This document shows positions 1-15,685 of a stretch of DNA of 64,000 nucleotides, piece by piece. How positions within the stretch are numbered: the stretch's first letter is position 1; every line of letters begins with the position of its first letter. The translations under genes and the position numbers were made by a program. The stretch comes from Fistulifera solaris (taxonomy: Eukaryota): the NCBI GenBank assembly GCA_030295235.1, contig AP026169.1, positions 372,001-436,000 of the forward strand. Direction: 5' to 3'. The notes beneath the pieces are model-generated. The model made no database searches, was not told the origin of the DNA, and worked only from the letters and a program-made list of their open reading frames with translations.

Positions 1-2681
1 GACGGAAGAAGAAATCTATGCCGATAGTATGAAGCCATCGCAAAACTTTATCTTCCTTAAATCCTATCTGGCCCCGACTTCAAAGGAAGTTGAGAAGATG
101 GATGCGCCTATAGCTGTGTCTCAGTTGTTTGGGTCACCACAAGAAGACGCACGTATTGGTGCTCTCAGGGTTGAGGTACTGGGATGCATCGCTCTGCCAC
201 GGACAAAGCCGGATATAGCGGTGTATATGGTTTGCGGCGATGCAGCTTTCGCCTCTGACGTTCTTTCAGGCTACCGCTCACCTATCTGGCCGTCGCTTTC
301 CAGACGAGCAGCGGTCTTTCCGCTGCACCACGCGTTTGCTCAACTTTATGTTGGAGTTTTTGATGTGCGAGCGAACAAGAATAAAGAGAATGACGTGTTT
401 TGCGGGAGGGTTTCACTTGATATTGCTGCTTTGAGATCAGACACGGAGTACGACGTGACATTCCCTCTTCGTGCGTCTACTTTTGTTTACGATAGAAGAA
501 AGCGAGGAGTAATTCGGTTACGATTTTCGGTTCATTGGTTTAGTGAGAGGGCTGCACTCGTTTCTTATTTCAAGAAACCAAAAAGTCTGACCTCTTGTGC
601 GCCTTTGTATCACGGAAGTCCAACTATTCCCTGCGCAGACCCGAAGACTTTCCGCAATGTTGCTTTCACTGTATACGGCCAAGATCTTCCAGGAAAGTAT
701 TCTCGAAATGCTTTCAAGTCAACAATGCGAGAATACACTCTCTACCAGCAGAACACAACTTTGCTGGCCCAAATGCTAGCTTTGGATGCAATTTTCTATG
801 AGCGACCGCACATCTCTTTATATCTCTTTCTCTCTGGCATGTACTGTATTTCGTCGAATTCTATAAGTCTGGTACCCGCTGTATTTGTTGGGTACATCAT
901 CATTTTGTTCATTGAGAACTACATGCATTACATCGACGGAACAAAATTCAATATGGGATACAGACCCCACACCTTGCAAGAAATTCTAAATGGTTTAATT
1001 GGCCATGCTTCCGGAGCTGGTGGATTTTTCGAACCGGCGCTGGTAGAGAAGAAAACGAAAAGGAAACGTGGGTACGAGTGCGACGCGAAAGACGACAAAG
1101 ACGAGGTTGAAATCGAGCCATTGGATCACCGCGAGTTTCCCTTCTCTGACCGCGATGCATATCCCAAATGGTCTGTTGAAGACGCTCTGGCACCAAGCTC
1201 AAATAAGAAAAATGGTAAGTGCATGAGCGGAAGCTTTGGTTGAATATTCTTTCTTTCATCTCAATCTCACCGCCTCGGATCTACCAACAGGAGGAAACAC
1301 GAGGCTTCACGGACGTCTGTCGGTATATTACACTGCTGCCCCACCAACAGGAGGAGACAAAGCTCGGGGCGAGGACGAGGACGATGCGAGTGAAGATAGC
1401 GAAAACGACGATGAAACTATTGACACAACAGACACCATGTTCAATCTTGATTATGACGTCGACGACGACCTTGACGAATCTGAGCACGAAACTCTGCACA
1501 ACGCTTACCAACACCAAGACAATCTTTTGAATCCAACCGTAACGAAAACTCGGTACAAACTTGGCCCGCCGCAGGACGTAGATAAAAGAGGAGCCAAGGT
1601 ACCCCCACAACTCCAGCTGCAAAAAACTGAACGAAGGATACACGACTATTCCTTCAAAATTGCGGTAGAGCCAATTTTCGCTCCTACAAATATTGAAACC
1701 GGCTTAGACGTCGGTATCACCAAAAACACTACAGTTGAAAGTCGAGAGATGATGATGTTGAACGATCAGAATTCCGCTTTGAAGAAGCGAAAAGCAGTCT
1801 ACGACGAATTCGATAAACTTCTTGGGTTGAAAAGTCGCTCTGCGAATCCATTGAATCGAATCATGTCGTCATTTCTTGGACCGCTAATGCGAATGTGCCG
1901 TATCAGTCTCTATGCATTCCGAATCTCCTACCATACCTTTAGCTGGAGAGATCCATTCTTCTCTTTCTGGTCTTGGTGGCGCTTTGCGCAGTTTGCCTTA
2001 TTTTGGTCGCCTTCCCGTGGCGACAGTTCTTTTCTTGATAGTGCTTGGAGCACTCGGCCCTCAGGTACGTCCGTTTCTTGACAGAAATGTAAGCTCAAAT
2101 ACTCGTAAATGTCCTCTAACTTATCGTGCTATCACAGAATATCTTTGTCAGACGATATCTTGAGAAAAGGCTAAAAGAAAAAAGCTCTCAAGGCCATTGA
2201 GGAAGAGGAAAATTTTTCTTTAATCGAAAGTAAGGACAGTATATCGAGTCGCCATAACGCATCGGTAAACGACATAACCTCGGTCGATGAAATGAGAAAA
2301 AGTGCGTGGTTCGCGACAAGTACAAAGCACAAAAAGAAGCAAAAGAACGAAGCGGAAGCTGAGCTTGTGGACGAGAGACCGCCTTTTCTTCCAAATCATC
2401 ACGCCAACGCTTCAAAGAAGGTCCAGCCGCGTTCGGTCGTTATACCATACAGTCGACTGAAAAAAGATCGTTTTTACGATTGGCCTCCGGATCCTACCGT
2501 CTCCAAAGCTACTCCACTATCCTTTCGCACGGAATCTAAATCAAATACAAAATTGCTGGCTCGTTCCGATAGTAACGATTCGAAGGGACCCCTAATTGAA
2601 GCTTCAACTCCAGATGATGATTTAGTGCCAAAGGACTCCGTCGTCGCCCGCAACCGACTATACAAAGCGAGCTTCCAATGA
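1..2681 (+). CDS. C2-domain / MCTP-like membrane protein, probably 5'-partial, multi-exon
   Basis: C2-like segment (LRVEVLGC...LYVGVFD...DVFCGRVSLDI), hydrophobic stretches, PRT_C-like WRDPFFSFW. Introns 1215-1290 (GTAAGT..CAG) and 2065-2137 (GTACGT..CAG). Apparent frameshifts near 1975 and 2170-2290. Confidence 0.7.
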
Positions 2682-2976
2682 ACCTATACCTCTAGCCTCT
2701 ATCTACAACGCACATCAATTGCTTGGTGTCATCAGTCCTTCAAAGTTTTAAACGTCAGCTTGGGTGCACTTAGTAGCAGGTGCGCTCAGTTTAAGCTAGG
2801 AAGGGAATTATGTCCTTGAATTATATGCATAGGACGTGGAACCCGACTCGTGATTTAACCTTCACTCGTGATCTACTCATAGCCATCGTGGCGCAGCGAA
2901 GTCGTCTCTCGATCACCCATCTTTCATCGCAATTCAAATTAACTCTTGCCAATCACCTTTCGCGACATGTCAAATA

Positions 2977-4429
2977 ATGGTTACCATATCAGTAAGCGCT
3001 AACGGCATCCGAATGGGATACAAAGTGTGCGCTAGGCAGATACCCAAAGTTGTGTCGTCCTCAGTCAACAAACAATGTTGTGTGTCAGCCATTTTTCACC
3101 GGCACTTCAAATACTTCTCCATGATTTCAGCTGCTGTTGAAGGAAGATTACAGAGTATGAAGTCACGGCATGACGAGATTATGGAGGAAATGAAAAGCGC
3201 GGGGCACACTTCTCCTGCCATTGGGAAGGAGTTATCAAAATTGATGCCGGTGGTGAATTTAATGGAAAAATGGGAGGCCCTTGTTGCCGAGGAAGCTTCG
3301 CTCCGTGATTTGCTTGCTGAATTGAAAGAAGATGAAATCGAAATGAAGAGCGAGTGTTTAGAAGAACTGGATCTGATTCATCAAAAACAAGCAATGCTTA
3401 CAGAACTCATGATGGACGCGGCAATCCCTCAGGATGAGGACGAAAGTGACTCGGATGCCATCGTTGAAGTTCGAGCCGGAACCGGCGGTGATGAGGCCTC
3501 TCTTTTCGCCGCGGAGCTCGTTGCGTGCTACATAAATGCGGCGAAATTGTTAAGCTGGAAAGTGGAAGTTTTGAGTGAAAGCAGGACAGATATCGGTGGC
3601 TTGCGAGAAGCGTCACTTTCTATAGTTGCAGGGAATGGACCACCCTATCGCCTAGCTCGAAAAAGCGATGATGAAGTCCCATTAGATGATGGCTCAGAGA
3701 CTTTTTTTACTTCGCTAGGTCCCTACGGTACATTCAAGTTTGAGAGTGGGGTCCATCGTGTTCAGCGCGTCCCGGTAAATGATTCAAGGATTCACACTAG
3801 TGCATGCTCCGTTGCGGTCCTACCATCGTTACCAGATGACAGTAAAGAAACAGATCTTCTACCAATGTCGGAATTAAAAATTGAAACGATGCGAGCGTCT
3901 GGGGCTGGTGGGCAGCATGTAAATGTATGTACAATCTTTGTTGTTGTCGTTGGAATAATTGATTGGCCGAGATGGTTGCCATCTTAATCCAGCAATGATC
4001 GTGATTATTTCTTCTGCCGATACTGATATCCTTTTCTTGCAGACTACAGACAGCGCCGTTCGTATTACTCATTTACCCACCAAAATTACGGCGTCTATCC
4101 AAGACGAGCGCAGTCAGCATAAAAATAAGGAAAAGGCACTTCGCCTCGTTGCTGCTCGTGTCCGTGACTTTCGAAAGTCGACAGAGGAAAAGGCTCGAGG
4201 AGAGACTCGTAGTAGCTTAATGGGTGGCGGAGATCGAAGCGAGCGTATTCGTACGTACAATTTCCCCCAAGACCGAGTGACAGACCACAGATCAAAGGAA
4301 TCTCACTTTGGAATCAATGCTTTACTCAATACTGAAGCCAACATTGTCTTGGCATTTCTTCCCTTACTTCATAAACTTCACAGAGAAGAGAAAATTGAAC
4401 GATTAGGGGAGACTAATACTAGCGCTTAA
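2977..4429 (+). CDS. prfA: Organellar (probably mitochondrial) class I peptide chain release factor RF1
   Basis: [39 protein letters not shown] joined by intron 3925-4042, [28 protein letters not shown]-terminal presequence-like extension; start codon uncertain. Confidence 0.92.
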
Positions 4430-4578
4430 TAACATCGCAAACACACCAGGTACTTTTCGCAAGGTGAACAAAATAGACTCGAGAATAAAGAAGAATGAAC
4501 GACCCCAAAAAACGTCAGGTGTCGACGATTCCCGTCTCGATAGAATATATGCCATAAACATTAGGTTATCTAGTTAAG

Positions 4579-6867
<2,289 letters not shown>

Positions 6868-7041
6868 TTTCTTTTGATAAATATTGATGCTTGATTATCT
6901 TTGCTAATTGATGCTTCTGTTATTGTTGTTGTCTTGCTTTTGCACCTCGTTTCGGACTTCAAGGATGCTTTTTCTGCGAAAGGATGAATGGAGGAAGATC
7001 GAGTGCCGAGTATGCTGAGAGCTGAGACCCGTTTGTGCATA

Positions 7042-7140
7042 GTACCTGCTACCAGGTACCGGTACCGTACCGGTACTGCGCGCAGGTACCGTATCTGGTA
7101 CCGGTAGGATAATTTCGCCGCGAGCCATATAAAGTACCGT
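7042..7140. repeat. GGTAC/GTACC-rich low-complexity palindromic tract in the divergent PRP43-RPS18 intergenic region
   Basis: About ten GTAC cores in ~100 bp (e.g. CAGGTACCGGTACCGTACCGGTAC). Confidence 0.6.
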
Positions 7141-7289
7141 CTGTCATGCACCCCTTTGGAAGTTACCGCTTTACTACAACCAAAGTCACCCCCTCGTCGC
7201 TGGACATTCAACGAAGAGATGTTACATCGTTGTGTGCTACCGAAATTGTCTCGATCGCTGCTATATAACAAGGAATACAAACAATCAAG

Positions 7290-7957
7290 ATGTGAGTCAA
7301 CTTAACATTAAGATGAAGAGGATTTTTACTAGCGACGAAACAGCCGACTACTAGTATACAGCTGACGTTCTTTAGGAACGTTTGGAGGATACCGCCGACC
7401 TATGTCCTTCAATGCCATGGCGTGTTGTTCGTTTATTTTTTCGTAGTTGAGGGGATTGAAAGCTGTTAATATTCAAAACGACGTATCTCATTTTATTTAA
7501 CTCTTTTTTTCGTAACAACAGGTCGACTTCGTTGATGCAAGGACCGGAGTTCCAGCACATTTTGCGTATTCTAAACACAAACGTGGAAGGAAAGCGCAAT
7601 GTTGTGTTTGGTTTGACCAAGATTCCCGGTATTGGGCGCCGTTTCTCCGATTTGATCTGCAAAAAGGCTGAAGTGGATGTCAACAAACGTGCTGGTGAAC
7701 TGACCGCCGATGAAATTGAAAAAGTCGTTGCCGTTATTTCGAATCCTCGTCAATTCAAGATCCCTCTCTGGTTCTTGAATCGGCAAAAGGATTTCAAGAC
7801 AGGAAAATACTCGCAAGTTTTCGCTCAAAACATTGCCGCCAAATTGCGTGATGATATCGAACGCTTGAAGAAAATCCGTGCCCACCGCGGTTTGCGTCAC
7901 TGGTGGAACGTTCGTGTTCGTGGACAGCACACTTGCTCCACAGGACGTCGTAAATAA
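7290..7957 (+). CDS. RPS18: 40S ribosomal protein S18 (uS13)
   Basis: [14 protein letters not shown]...KRAGELT...WFLNRQKD...HRGLRH.W..RVRGQHT. Start codon split AT|G by intron 7292-7521 (GTGAGT..ACAG), giving [11 protein letters not shown]. Confidence 0.96.
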
Positions 7958-8224
7958 ATATAAAAACTTGTTGACCCATAGTCTAGCGCTACATTCATGC
8001 CTTAGTTATTTTAATCCTTGCCACAGTATAACATAGTAATAAAGTTTCCTGAGACATAAACCACCGTGATCCGTGATGGACTAAGCCTCCGTGATTGCCA
8101 ATCAACTGGCTTATGAGTTATGAAACACTTTGATTTAGTTAAAGATTAGTTTATTCGCGTCAAATGTTGTAAACTACAATTTCGCACAACAGACACCGTG
8201 AAACTAGCTTCTCCCGGCTGCAAT

Positions 8225-8620
8225 TTATTTCTTTTTCTTCGACCGAGCACCGGAACCCTTTTTTGGCGGCCCTTTCCTTGTCGTCTCCGTTGCACTAGCT
8301 TCGCCTGTTGCCGTTCTTCTAATTCCGTCATGAATCCTGGTATTGCCTGTAAAATTTGTTATGTGATGCGTGAGAAACCGACAAATCTTATCATCGCTCC
8401 GCCTATGATTGTGCTACAAGTAACTTACTTGTCGCGCGGACTTGGCGATCGGATCTGTATAATATTGATTCAAATATACACCTGTCAATTGTTTCTTGGC
8501 GAATTGATAGCCTGTGCGTTCCTGTAGTTGAGGAACATGGCCCAAAACGTCACGCTTGACTTGCGCAATACCCTTGCGAATTGCCGGTGAGAATGAAATC
8601 GATTTGCTCAGGCTACTCAT
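8225..8620 (-). CDS. Mitochondrial small-subunit ribosomal protein mS33 (Rsm27-like)
   Basis: RTGYQFAKKQLTG...YY, and C-terminal RRRQGKG(P)PKKGSG.RSKKKK after restoring one base near 8270. Intron 8347-8428. Confidence 0.8.
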
Positions 8621-9459
8621 CCCGTCAAATTTTCTTCTTTTCAATAAACTCGGGTAGGAGGAACTTAGACGACTGGTTTCAATAAACGGCGTTGAAAATG
8701 GTTTTGAGTTGCTGGCTTTGCTGCTCGAAGGTGCGGGAAATTGTGCAACTTTCACGTCGGCCCCCGTAGCTTCTAAAAGTTACCTAGCTGTCTTACCAGT
8801 TCTTATCTCGCCTAATATAAAACCTCCATCTACTATGGACTTACGGAACTAAGGAAAGAACTCCAGAAGAGGAATTCGGCTGGAATTTGGAACCCAGTTT
8901 CTTTAAGTTCAACTCCTACTAAAGAAAGAATGAAGAAAGGTTAGTACCTAGTACCTGGTTCTGTGTCGTATCGGGTAGAAGACTTCAATGACTGTCTACC
9001 AATAAGATAAAAACCAATTTCAAAGCAGCCAATCAAAATGGTTACCAAAGTTCAATTGGTGGCAGATGCCAACTATCTTCACTATTGTGCGCTGTCACCT
9101 CTCGAACGATATTCTGGCTGATAACACCCATACGTCACTACCTCGGTACTACTATACTATAGAAATTTTTGGTCCTTTTCTGCCTTTCGATTTCCCCAAG
9201 TTCTGACGACTTCGTGCTACTTTTTATTCCACTAAACGTTGCTCCTCCGCAATGACATTTTCGGCTGAAGGTTAGCGAGCAACCAGCCAATCATCGCCTG
9301 CAAGTGTGCAAGGGATGTTCGAAGTCGAAGCCAGATGGGCTGTACCAAGCGGCGTACGAGTCTACGCCCACAAATCCGAGCAATCGCAGATGGGCCGTTT
9401 CGATTGTATTTTGAGACCCCCCTCACCCTGTTTTTTCAATCATTCGAACATAAGTTACG

Positions 9460-10398
9460 ATGAAAGGATACAAAGATCAAGCTAACGATACGATCACCGA
9501 GGGTCGTAGTCGTGCCAACACATGGTTTGTGAATCGGCTCTTCGACATGCTTGAAAACACTGACGCCGACGGCATCTCCGATATTATTTCGTGGCAACCC
9601 CACGGTCGTTGCTTCATCATGCGAGATCAATCCAAATTGCAAGAGATACTTCCCAACTTTTTTAAGCAAACGAAGACTTCTTCATTCCTTCGCCAGCTCA
9701 ACATATACGGCTTTTGTCGGATTGCTCGAGGCCGAGATCGCGGTGGATATTATCACGAACTGTTTTTGCAAAACAGACGCCATCTGGCACAAAAGATCAC
9801 TCCCATCAAAATGAAAGGAACCGGCGTGCGTACGAAAGGACCACAAGAGCCCAACTTTTGGGAAATGGAGTGGGTCAACATGCCGAATAAAGCGGATGAA
9901 GTACTCCCTTCGAAGGCCATGACACGATCGATGTCAATAGTGTCACATGACACGAAAGAGGTAGAAGACGCAACCACGAGCACCGAAGAAGAGAGGGAAT
10001 CGTCTGAACAGGAGTGCACTACAGTGGCTCCTACTGTCGTCAAGATCAAGAAGTTTCATGAGGTGGCGTCACCTCTTTCAGCACCCCAAGCAATTGCAGA
10101 TGATATGGAAGACTTATTTGAAATGGTCGGATCGAAGCCCTTTCTTCATGAATTTGTGTTAAATGGGAATGGGGTGTTTTTACTGGATCACGGTTTAGAT
10201 TCTGTGCTCGATCGTGATATCACAGCTTCGGATCCTTCGACAAGTCAAGAAGTAGATCATGACGACAACGCTTTCATTGTTGCTGCTCCTGAACTTAACG
10301 ACAACGACTTGGAGCTTGTTATGCATGACTTTCAAGATGAGTCGGTGGGACTCGGATTCGACGCTTTTCTTCAGTCCTACGATGAAGAAAGGTATTGA
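9460..10398 (+). CDS. Heat-shock transcription factor (HSF DNA-binding domain), copy 1
   Basis: IISWQPHGRCF...FFKQTKTSSFLRQLNIYGF...GGYYHELF; acidic C-terminus. Confidence 0.92.
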   Translation: MKGYKDQANDTITEGRSRANTWFVNRLFDMLENTDADGISDIISWQPHGRCFIMRDQSKLQEILPNFFKQTKTSSFLRQLNIYGFCRIARGRDRGGYYHELFLQNRRHLAQKITPIKMKGTGVRTKGPQEPNFWEMEWVNMPNKADEVLPSKAMTRSMSIVSHDTKEVEDATTSTEEERESSEQECTTVAPTVVKIKKFHEVASPLSAPQAIADDMEDLFEMVGSKPFLHEFVLNGNGVFLLDHGLDSVLDRDITASDPSTSQEVDHDDNAFIVAAPELNDNDLELVMHDFQDESVGLGFDAFLQSYDEERY

Positions 10399-11162
10399 AA
10401 CTGTACATAAAATTTTGAAAACACTATATCAAGGTCGAGCGACCGAACAAGCCCGCAAAGCAACCAACTGTTATTCGACTGACCTGCTGATAGCACAAAA
10501 TGTTTAATTATCAGCCGCTATTAATCCACAATATACTAGTTGAATCCTATATTTGAGCATGATAGTCTTGAAGACCACGTAGTCACTTTCAATTGAAGGT
10601 GTCAGAAATTCGTAAAGCAAGTGTGGTTATAGCCTGCGCAGCACATAGATCAGTAAATTAGCTCATGCAATGTATTAAGATCTCTTAAAAGGTGCAGACA
10701 GGAATACTACGCTTTACCTGATTCGGAGTATTTTTGCTATCGGGATGGCGGGACTTACTGAAAAGACAAAGCTAACCAGATTCATTCACTCGCCATACTA
10801 TCAATAAAACTGATCAAGTGAAGTACTTATCGTATCAGTTAAATTAATTAATATAATTGCTAGGTTCTCGTGCAAGAGCATTACGAGGAGATTGTTGGAC
10901 TTGTTTGCAATGAAAAGTTTAGCACGATAGATTTAGTCGTCCGGCGCCCAACTGTCACTGCGAGTGGCGCACTTGACGTCATCGGGCTCTGGATACATTG
11001 AAGTTGAACGTCACACAAATTTACGCTCACCTCTTTCCGTGTTCCGGGTTGTCCACCGATGAGATTGATTGTTTGAGCCATAAACGATCGTTCGAACATC
11101 CTTTTTCTTCACAGGCTGCTCGTAAATAAGAAGGAATTGTAGCCATTCTTCTTCGTTCAAAA

Positions 11163-12521
11163 ATGAGATTTCTCTTGCTCACCACAGTTTCGTTGGCGTA
11201 CGCATTCACTCGCCCATCACTGCCGATCCGACCCGCTTCGGTACGATCCCCCCTTGTTTGCGGTCAGCCCCGAAGAAGATCTTGAAATGACAATTAAAAT
11301 CATCATGGGTAGCCTCGAGAAACAGAATAATAATGACATCGAGACTCCGGTGACAGCTCCAGTTGTGACGAAGACGTACAAACAACCAGCCATTGAGGAT
11401 CGTCCGCGAAATGACTTGATGATGCGTGCCGCGATGGGCGAAGTCACCGAAAAGACTCCCTTGTGGTTGTTCCGTCAAGCAGGCCGTCATTTACCGGAGT
11501 ATCGTGAATACAAAGACAAGACGGGAAAGAACTTTCTCGAGTTGCTGTCAGATCCTTTGTGCGTCGCCGAGTGTACCCTGCAGCCGATCAGACGTTACCC
11601 AGTGGATGCTGCCATTTTGTTTTCCGATATTCTGGTGATTGCGGAAGCGCTGGGAATTGAAGTGACGATGCCGGGTGGAGTGGGCATTCAGGTACCTCAT
11701 CCCTTGAAGGACGCCAGGGAAGTCGACACTCGTCTTCCTGGTGTATCGGAAATTTCACCAGCATTCATTGAAGATAAACTAGGTCACGTCGTGGAAGCAG
11801 TCCGCGAAATTCGCCGACAAATGAAAAAGAAGATATTTCCATTCCGTTGATTGGCTTTTCAGCGGCTCCCTGGACGTTGTTGTTTTACATGGTAGGAGGC
11901 TCATCCAAGAAGAACACCGCGAGTGGCGTGCAGTGGCTGGAACAAAACACGGATGCGTCAAAAAAGTTACTACAGTTGCTGACCAAAGTCGTCATTGAGT
12001 ACATGTCGGCCCAAGTGGAAGCGGGATGTCACATGTTGCAAATATTTGAAGCCATGGGCATGATGATCGACGACGCAAACTTTGAAAAATTTGCTTTGCC
12101 CTGTTTGGAAGAGATGGGCCGAACACTCAAGCAACGTTTCCCCGACACACCCCTCATGGTATTCTGTCGAGGAAAGTGCTCTGCGAACGACAAAGTCGCT
12201 GCATTGGGGTATTTTGATGTAATAACGATTGACGGATCGGTGGATCGCAAGTCCGTTCGATCGTTTGTCGGAGACAAAGTCACTCTACAAGGAAACTACG
12301 ATCCGCGTGAGCTGATTCCAAACGCAGAAAACACGAAAACGCCCGAAACGGTACGGGAAACGGTTAGAGAAATGCTGGAAGCGTTGGGACCTAACAGACT
12401 GATTGCTAATCTTGGAGAGGGTCTGGGTGGAAACGAGAGTCCCGAACTTGTACAGGCGTTTGTGGACGCCATACACGAAGAAAGCGCGCTGATGATGGAA
12501 AAGAAAAACTATTTCTTCTAG
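11163..12521 (+). CDS. hemE: Uroporphyrinogen decarboxylase, plastid-targeted
   Basis: [53 protein letters not shown] 11163 gives a signal peptide [14 protein letters not shown]^F. Frameshifts at a C-run (~11250) and an A-run (~11826). Confidence 0.93.
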
Positions 12522-12572
12522 AATCTCCAGTTTCGCTACACCTAGTCTCTCCATGACGCTTTAACATCGTAG

Positions 12573-13981
12573 TTAGTCATTAGCGATATTGTCGTTGGTG
12601 TTAACGTTCTCGTCGTTATCACGATTGATCTCTTCACGCACAACCGTCTCAATATGTTTGTTCTCGTAGAGCCACGTGCCAAATGCAAATACACTGTGAA
12701 AAAAGGACCCCCAAAGACCAAAATAAGCATTGCTCAACCCATTGATAACCCCATCCACACCACTGTACTCCAGAATCGCCCAAAACTTGGCACCCATCGA
12801 GACGAGAATGATGATACCTTCGATTTGTCGCCATCCAAATTCGAAACGAAACATACTTTGCTCGCGTCGAAAACGACAGGGAAAGTGCCATAGGATCAAG
12901 TACACTTCGTTGAGAGCAACGGTCAAGCAGCAAAGTGCCACTTCAGACCAAATTACGGAAAGAATGAGAATCCAGTCCTCATCCGTCAAGGTCAAACGCT
13001 CTCCACGAAACCGTAATCTCACGAGTTCCCTGTTGTAGTAAATGTCGGTAGCAGCACCCGCAAAAATGCTAGAGCAAATGCCAGTCCAGATCCAATTATA
13101 AGTCGTTTCACGATGGAATTGGTTTATCATTGTTTCTGTGGTGACCAGTCCTGCCGAATCACGCCACACTCCATAATTCAAAACCATAGCCGCAAAGCCG
13201 ATCCATGACGTGAAGTAGACGTTGGGTTGATATTCGCCCACCGAAAGAACACTGGTGGATACATGCAAAGCGGCTATCCAAACAATTAGCAAGAAAAGAA
13301 TCCAGTTCCGTTCCGCCAGACTCCCATCTCGAAATACCGCGATCCATAACGTGGGAAAAATCACCGTGTCAAAGTGCACGAGCAATGTGCCGAAACTCAA
13401 CGCCACAGCCCCCGCTGAAAGGTAAATAGCTGCCCACAGCTTCCATCGGAAAACAAGACCGGTAGCTGTACTGTAATACTTGTCGGGTTCGATTCCGGAT
13501 TCGGTGGCAGAAGAGGATGGGTCCAGTTGTTCAATCTCGTTACGATAAAATCTGAGAAAAGAAGACAAATGAGCGATCCGGGAGATAGGGCGGAAGCTAG
13601 CTAAGGCACGTTGACTCACTGAAAAACCGAGACTAGCATGACCGCGCCGGTCGTCATGGCAAAAAGGTAACCCATGAGACGCGGAGATGCTCGAATGTCA
13701 TCGGAGGAGAGTCGACGCGTACTTTCGCCTGGTGTAGATGCCACACTACGATCGAAATTGAATTCATCTTTGAGTTCTGCGGATGCAGCTTCTCGTAGCA
13801 AGGATGAAGGAAAAGTGACAACAGAGCGTTTTCGAGATGATTTTCTCCTTGCTGTCGACAAGGACGGCCGCGTCGTTCTTGCCGAAAGTTCCTCGGACTG
13901 ATCGAGAACTGCAGATCTTCGGCTAGTCGACGCCGTTGGCGTTCGAGCGGCGGCTTTATTTAGAACTATCTTTGTAGGCAT
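12573..13981 (-). CDS. Multi-pass membrane protein of unknown function
   Basis: Two ORFs joined by intron 13552-13619 (GTGAGT..CAG). About 8-9 hydrophobic segments; N.YF..W motif occurs twice. Confidence 0.7.
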
Positions 13982-14635
13982 CTATACACTAAGATGACGA
14001 TAAGAAAAAGTCAGATTTTTAAATGAACTTCTACAGGTAGTTTCAACTTTCGATGCACTGCTGGAAAGGACGTTAAAATTATGCCTCTCGTACAAGATTC
14101 TACGTAGCATCCACGACGTGGCAGAATTTTAACGCCGTTTCCTACTGGATGAATTAAAAACCGTTGTGTCCGTACCGGTAAGATAGTGGCTTCTTTTTAA
14201 TTCATTCGGGACAAGATTGAGACACGAGAAGAACGTGCAGTAGCCAGTAGCATTAGCATCGGAATGGAAACGGAATGCAGTGCGCCACAAAAGGACAAAA
14301 CAAAAGAACACGGTTCGCATTTCGTGGCATTTTTACGCCATTTCTCCGCATCTACTTCAATTGAGTTCACATTTAGGCTGTTTGGGGATATAGGCCCTTA
14401 CTCTGTTATCGTTTCGAAGCAAGCAGCGAATGTAACATCTGCCGCGTCGCTTTCTAGCTTTCCGATGTTGATACCACAACATCATGCACGTCAGATGCAT
14501 CAGCGAGAATTAGTGGCACCAATCCGAACCGGAAGAGTTTGCTTTGAGGTGCTTTCGCCCGATCTTTTCATAAATTAACTATTTTTTCAAGAGCGTAAAC
14601 CCAAAATCAGACATAATTAAGTTGCAGTCGCCACA

Positions 14636-15685
14636 ATGTGCCGCCCACCAGTGATTGCATCGTCGATCAGAACGAGGTCGACAACAGATTTGGCTTCGCT
14701 TTCCGATATATTCGCTCTGATTGATGAGGCCACCGAAGAATTGCAACAGGCCGTCGTCACCAACAAACAAAGTCAACCCAGCATATCTGCCGAGGCCAAT
14801 TTACATCGATCAAACCCACGTCTTGTCTCTTCCGATGACGTAAGGTCAGCAGTATTCTCGTCCAACAAGCGAGGACGTCATCAACGCAGACGCAACAGTT
14901 CATCACATCGTCGCAAGGAATATCACGAGCACGGTACCGTACAGCATTTGTATCATGATTATTCACGGGTATCTCCCGAAGCACAAGACTTCTTTGCGTT
15001 ACCTCTCAAAGGAGCGCACGGTGGGACCACGATTGCATTTCCAGTCGTTCTTCACCGTTTACTCACCGACGCTACCGAGGAAGGTTTTGAAGAAATCGTA
15101 GCATGGCAACCACACGGTCGAGCGTTTCTAGTTCATGATCACCATCGCTTTGTGGACGAGGTCATGCCTAAGTATTTTCGGCAAACTCGCTTTTCTAGTT
15201 TCCAACGCCAACTTAGCCTATACGGCTTCCTTCGATTGACCAAAGGCGCCGACAGTGGAGCCTATTACAACGAATGGTTCCTTCGGGGGTTGCCTCATTT
15301 GTGTGCACATATGCAGCGAACACGAGTGAAAGGCTACGGAGTCCGCCAGTCTTCCTCACCGGAAACAGAACCGGACTTTTACGGGATGGATGCTGTGAGT
15401 GCTCCTCAACAGGGACTACACACAGGAACGATACCAAGTAACTCGGTTGGAAGCACAACTTTCGTGCCGGCTCCGAAACTTTCGATCGAAGACTTTCCAT
15501 TCGAGAGTCTAGAACTTTACCCCGCTACCATAGATAATACTTTCGAAGAACAAGAAGCAATGGCAGATTTTCTATCCGATGTTGACCTTGACGACGAAGA
15601 CTCTTATTACTCGAGTCAGCCTTACGAGGGCGAAGATAGGTTTGCCAAGATCTACAATCACGTTATATATGCACATCCCGTTTGA
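14636..15685 (+). CDS. Heat-shock transcription factor, copy 2
   Basis: FPVVLHRLL...IVAWQPHGRAF...YFRQTRFSSFQRQLSLYGF...YYNEWFLRG. Confidence 0.94.
   Translation: MCRPPVIASSIRTRSTTDLASLSDIFALIDEATEELQQAVVTNKQSQPSISAEANLHRSNPRLVSSDDVRSAVFSSNKRGRHQRRRNSSSHRRKEYHEHGTVQHLYHDYSRVSPEAQDFFALPLKGAHGGTTIAFPVVLHRLLTDATEEGFEEIVAWQPHGRAFLVHDHHRFVDEVMPKYFRQTRFSSFQRQLSLYGFLRLTKGADSGAYYNEWFLRGLPHLCAHMQRTRVKGYGVRQSSSPETEPDFYGMDAVSAPQQGLHTGTIPSNSVGSTTFVPAPKLSIEDFPFESLELYPATIDNTFEEQEAMADFLSDVDLDDEDSYYSSQPYEGEDRFAKIYNHVIYAHPV

Noticed and set aside
10812..10844. GATCAAGTGAAGTACTTATCGTATCAGTTAAAT resembles part of U2 snRNA
   Set aside because: Branch-pairing GTAGTA is altered, the U2 5' end does not match and no Sm site context was seen; chance or a decayed fragment.
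11820..11850. Programmed ribosomal frameshifting in UROD and other genes
   Set aside because: Breaks coincide with homopolymers across many unrelated genes; sequencing error is simpler.
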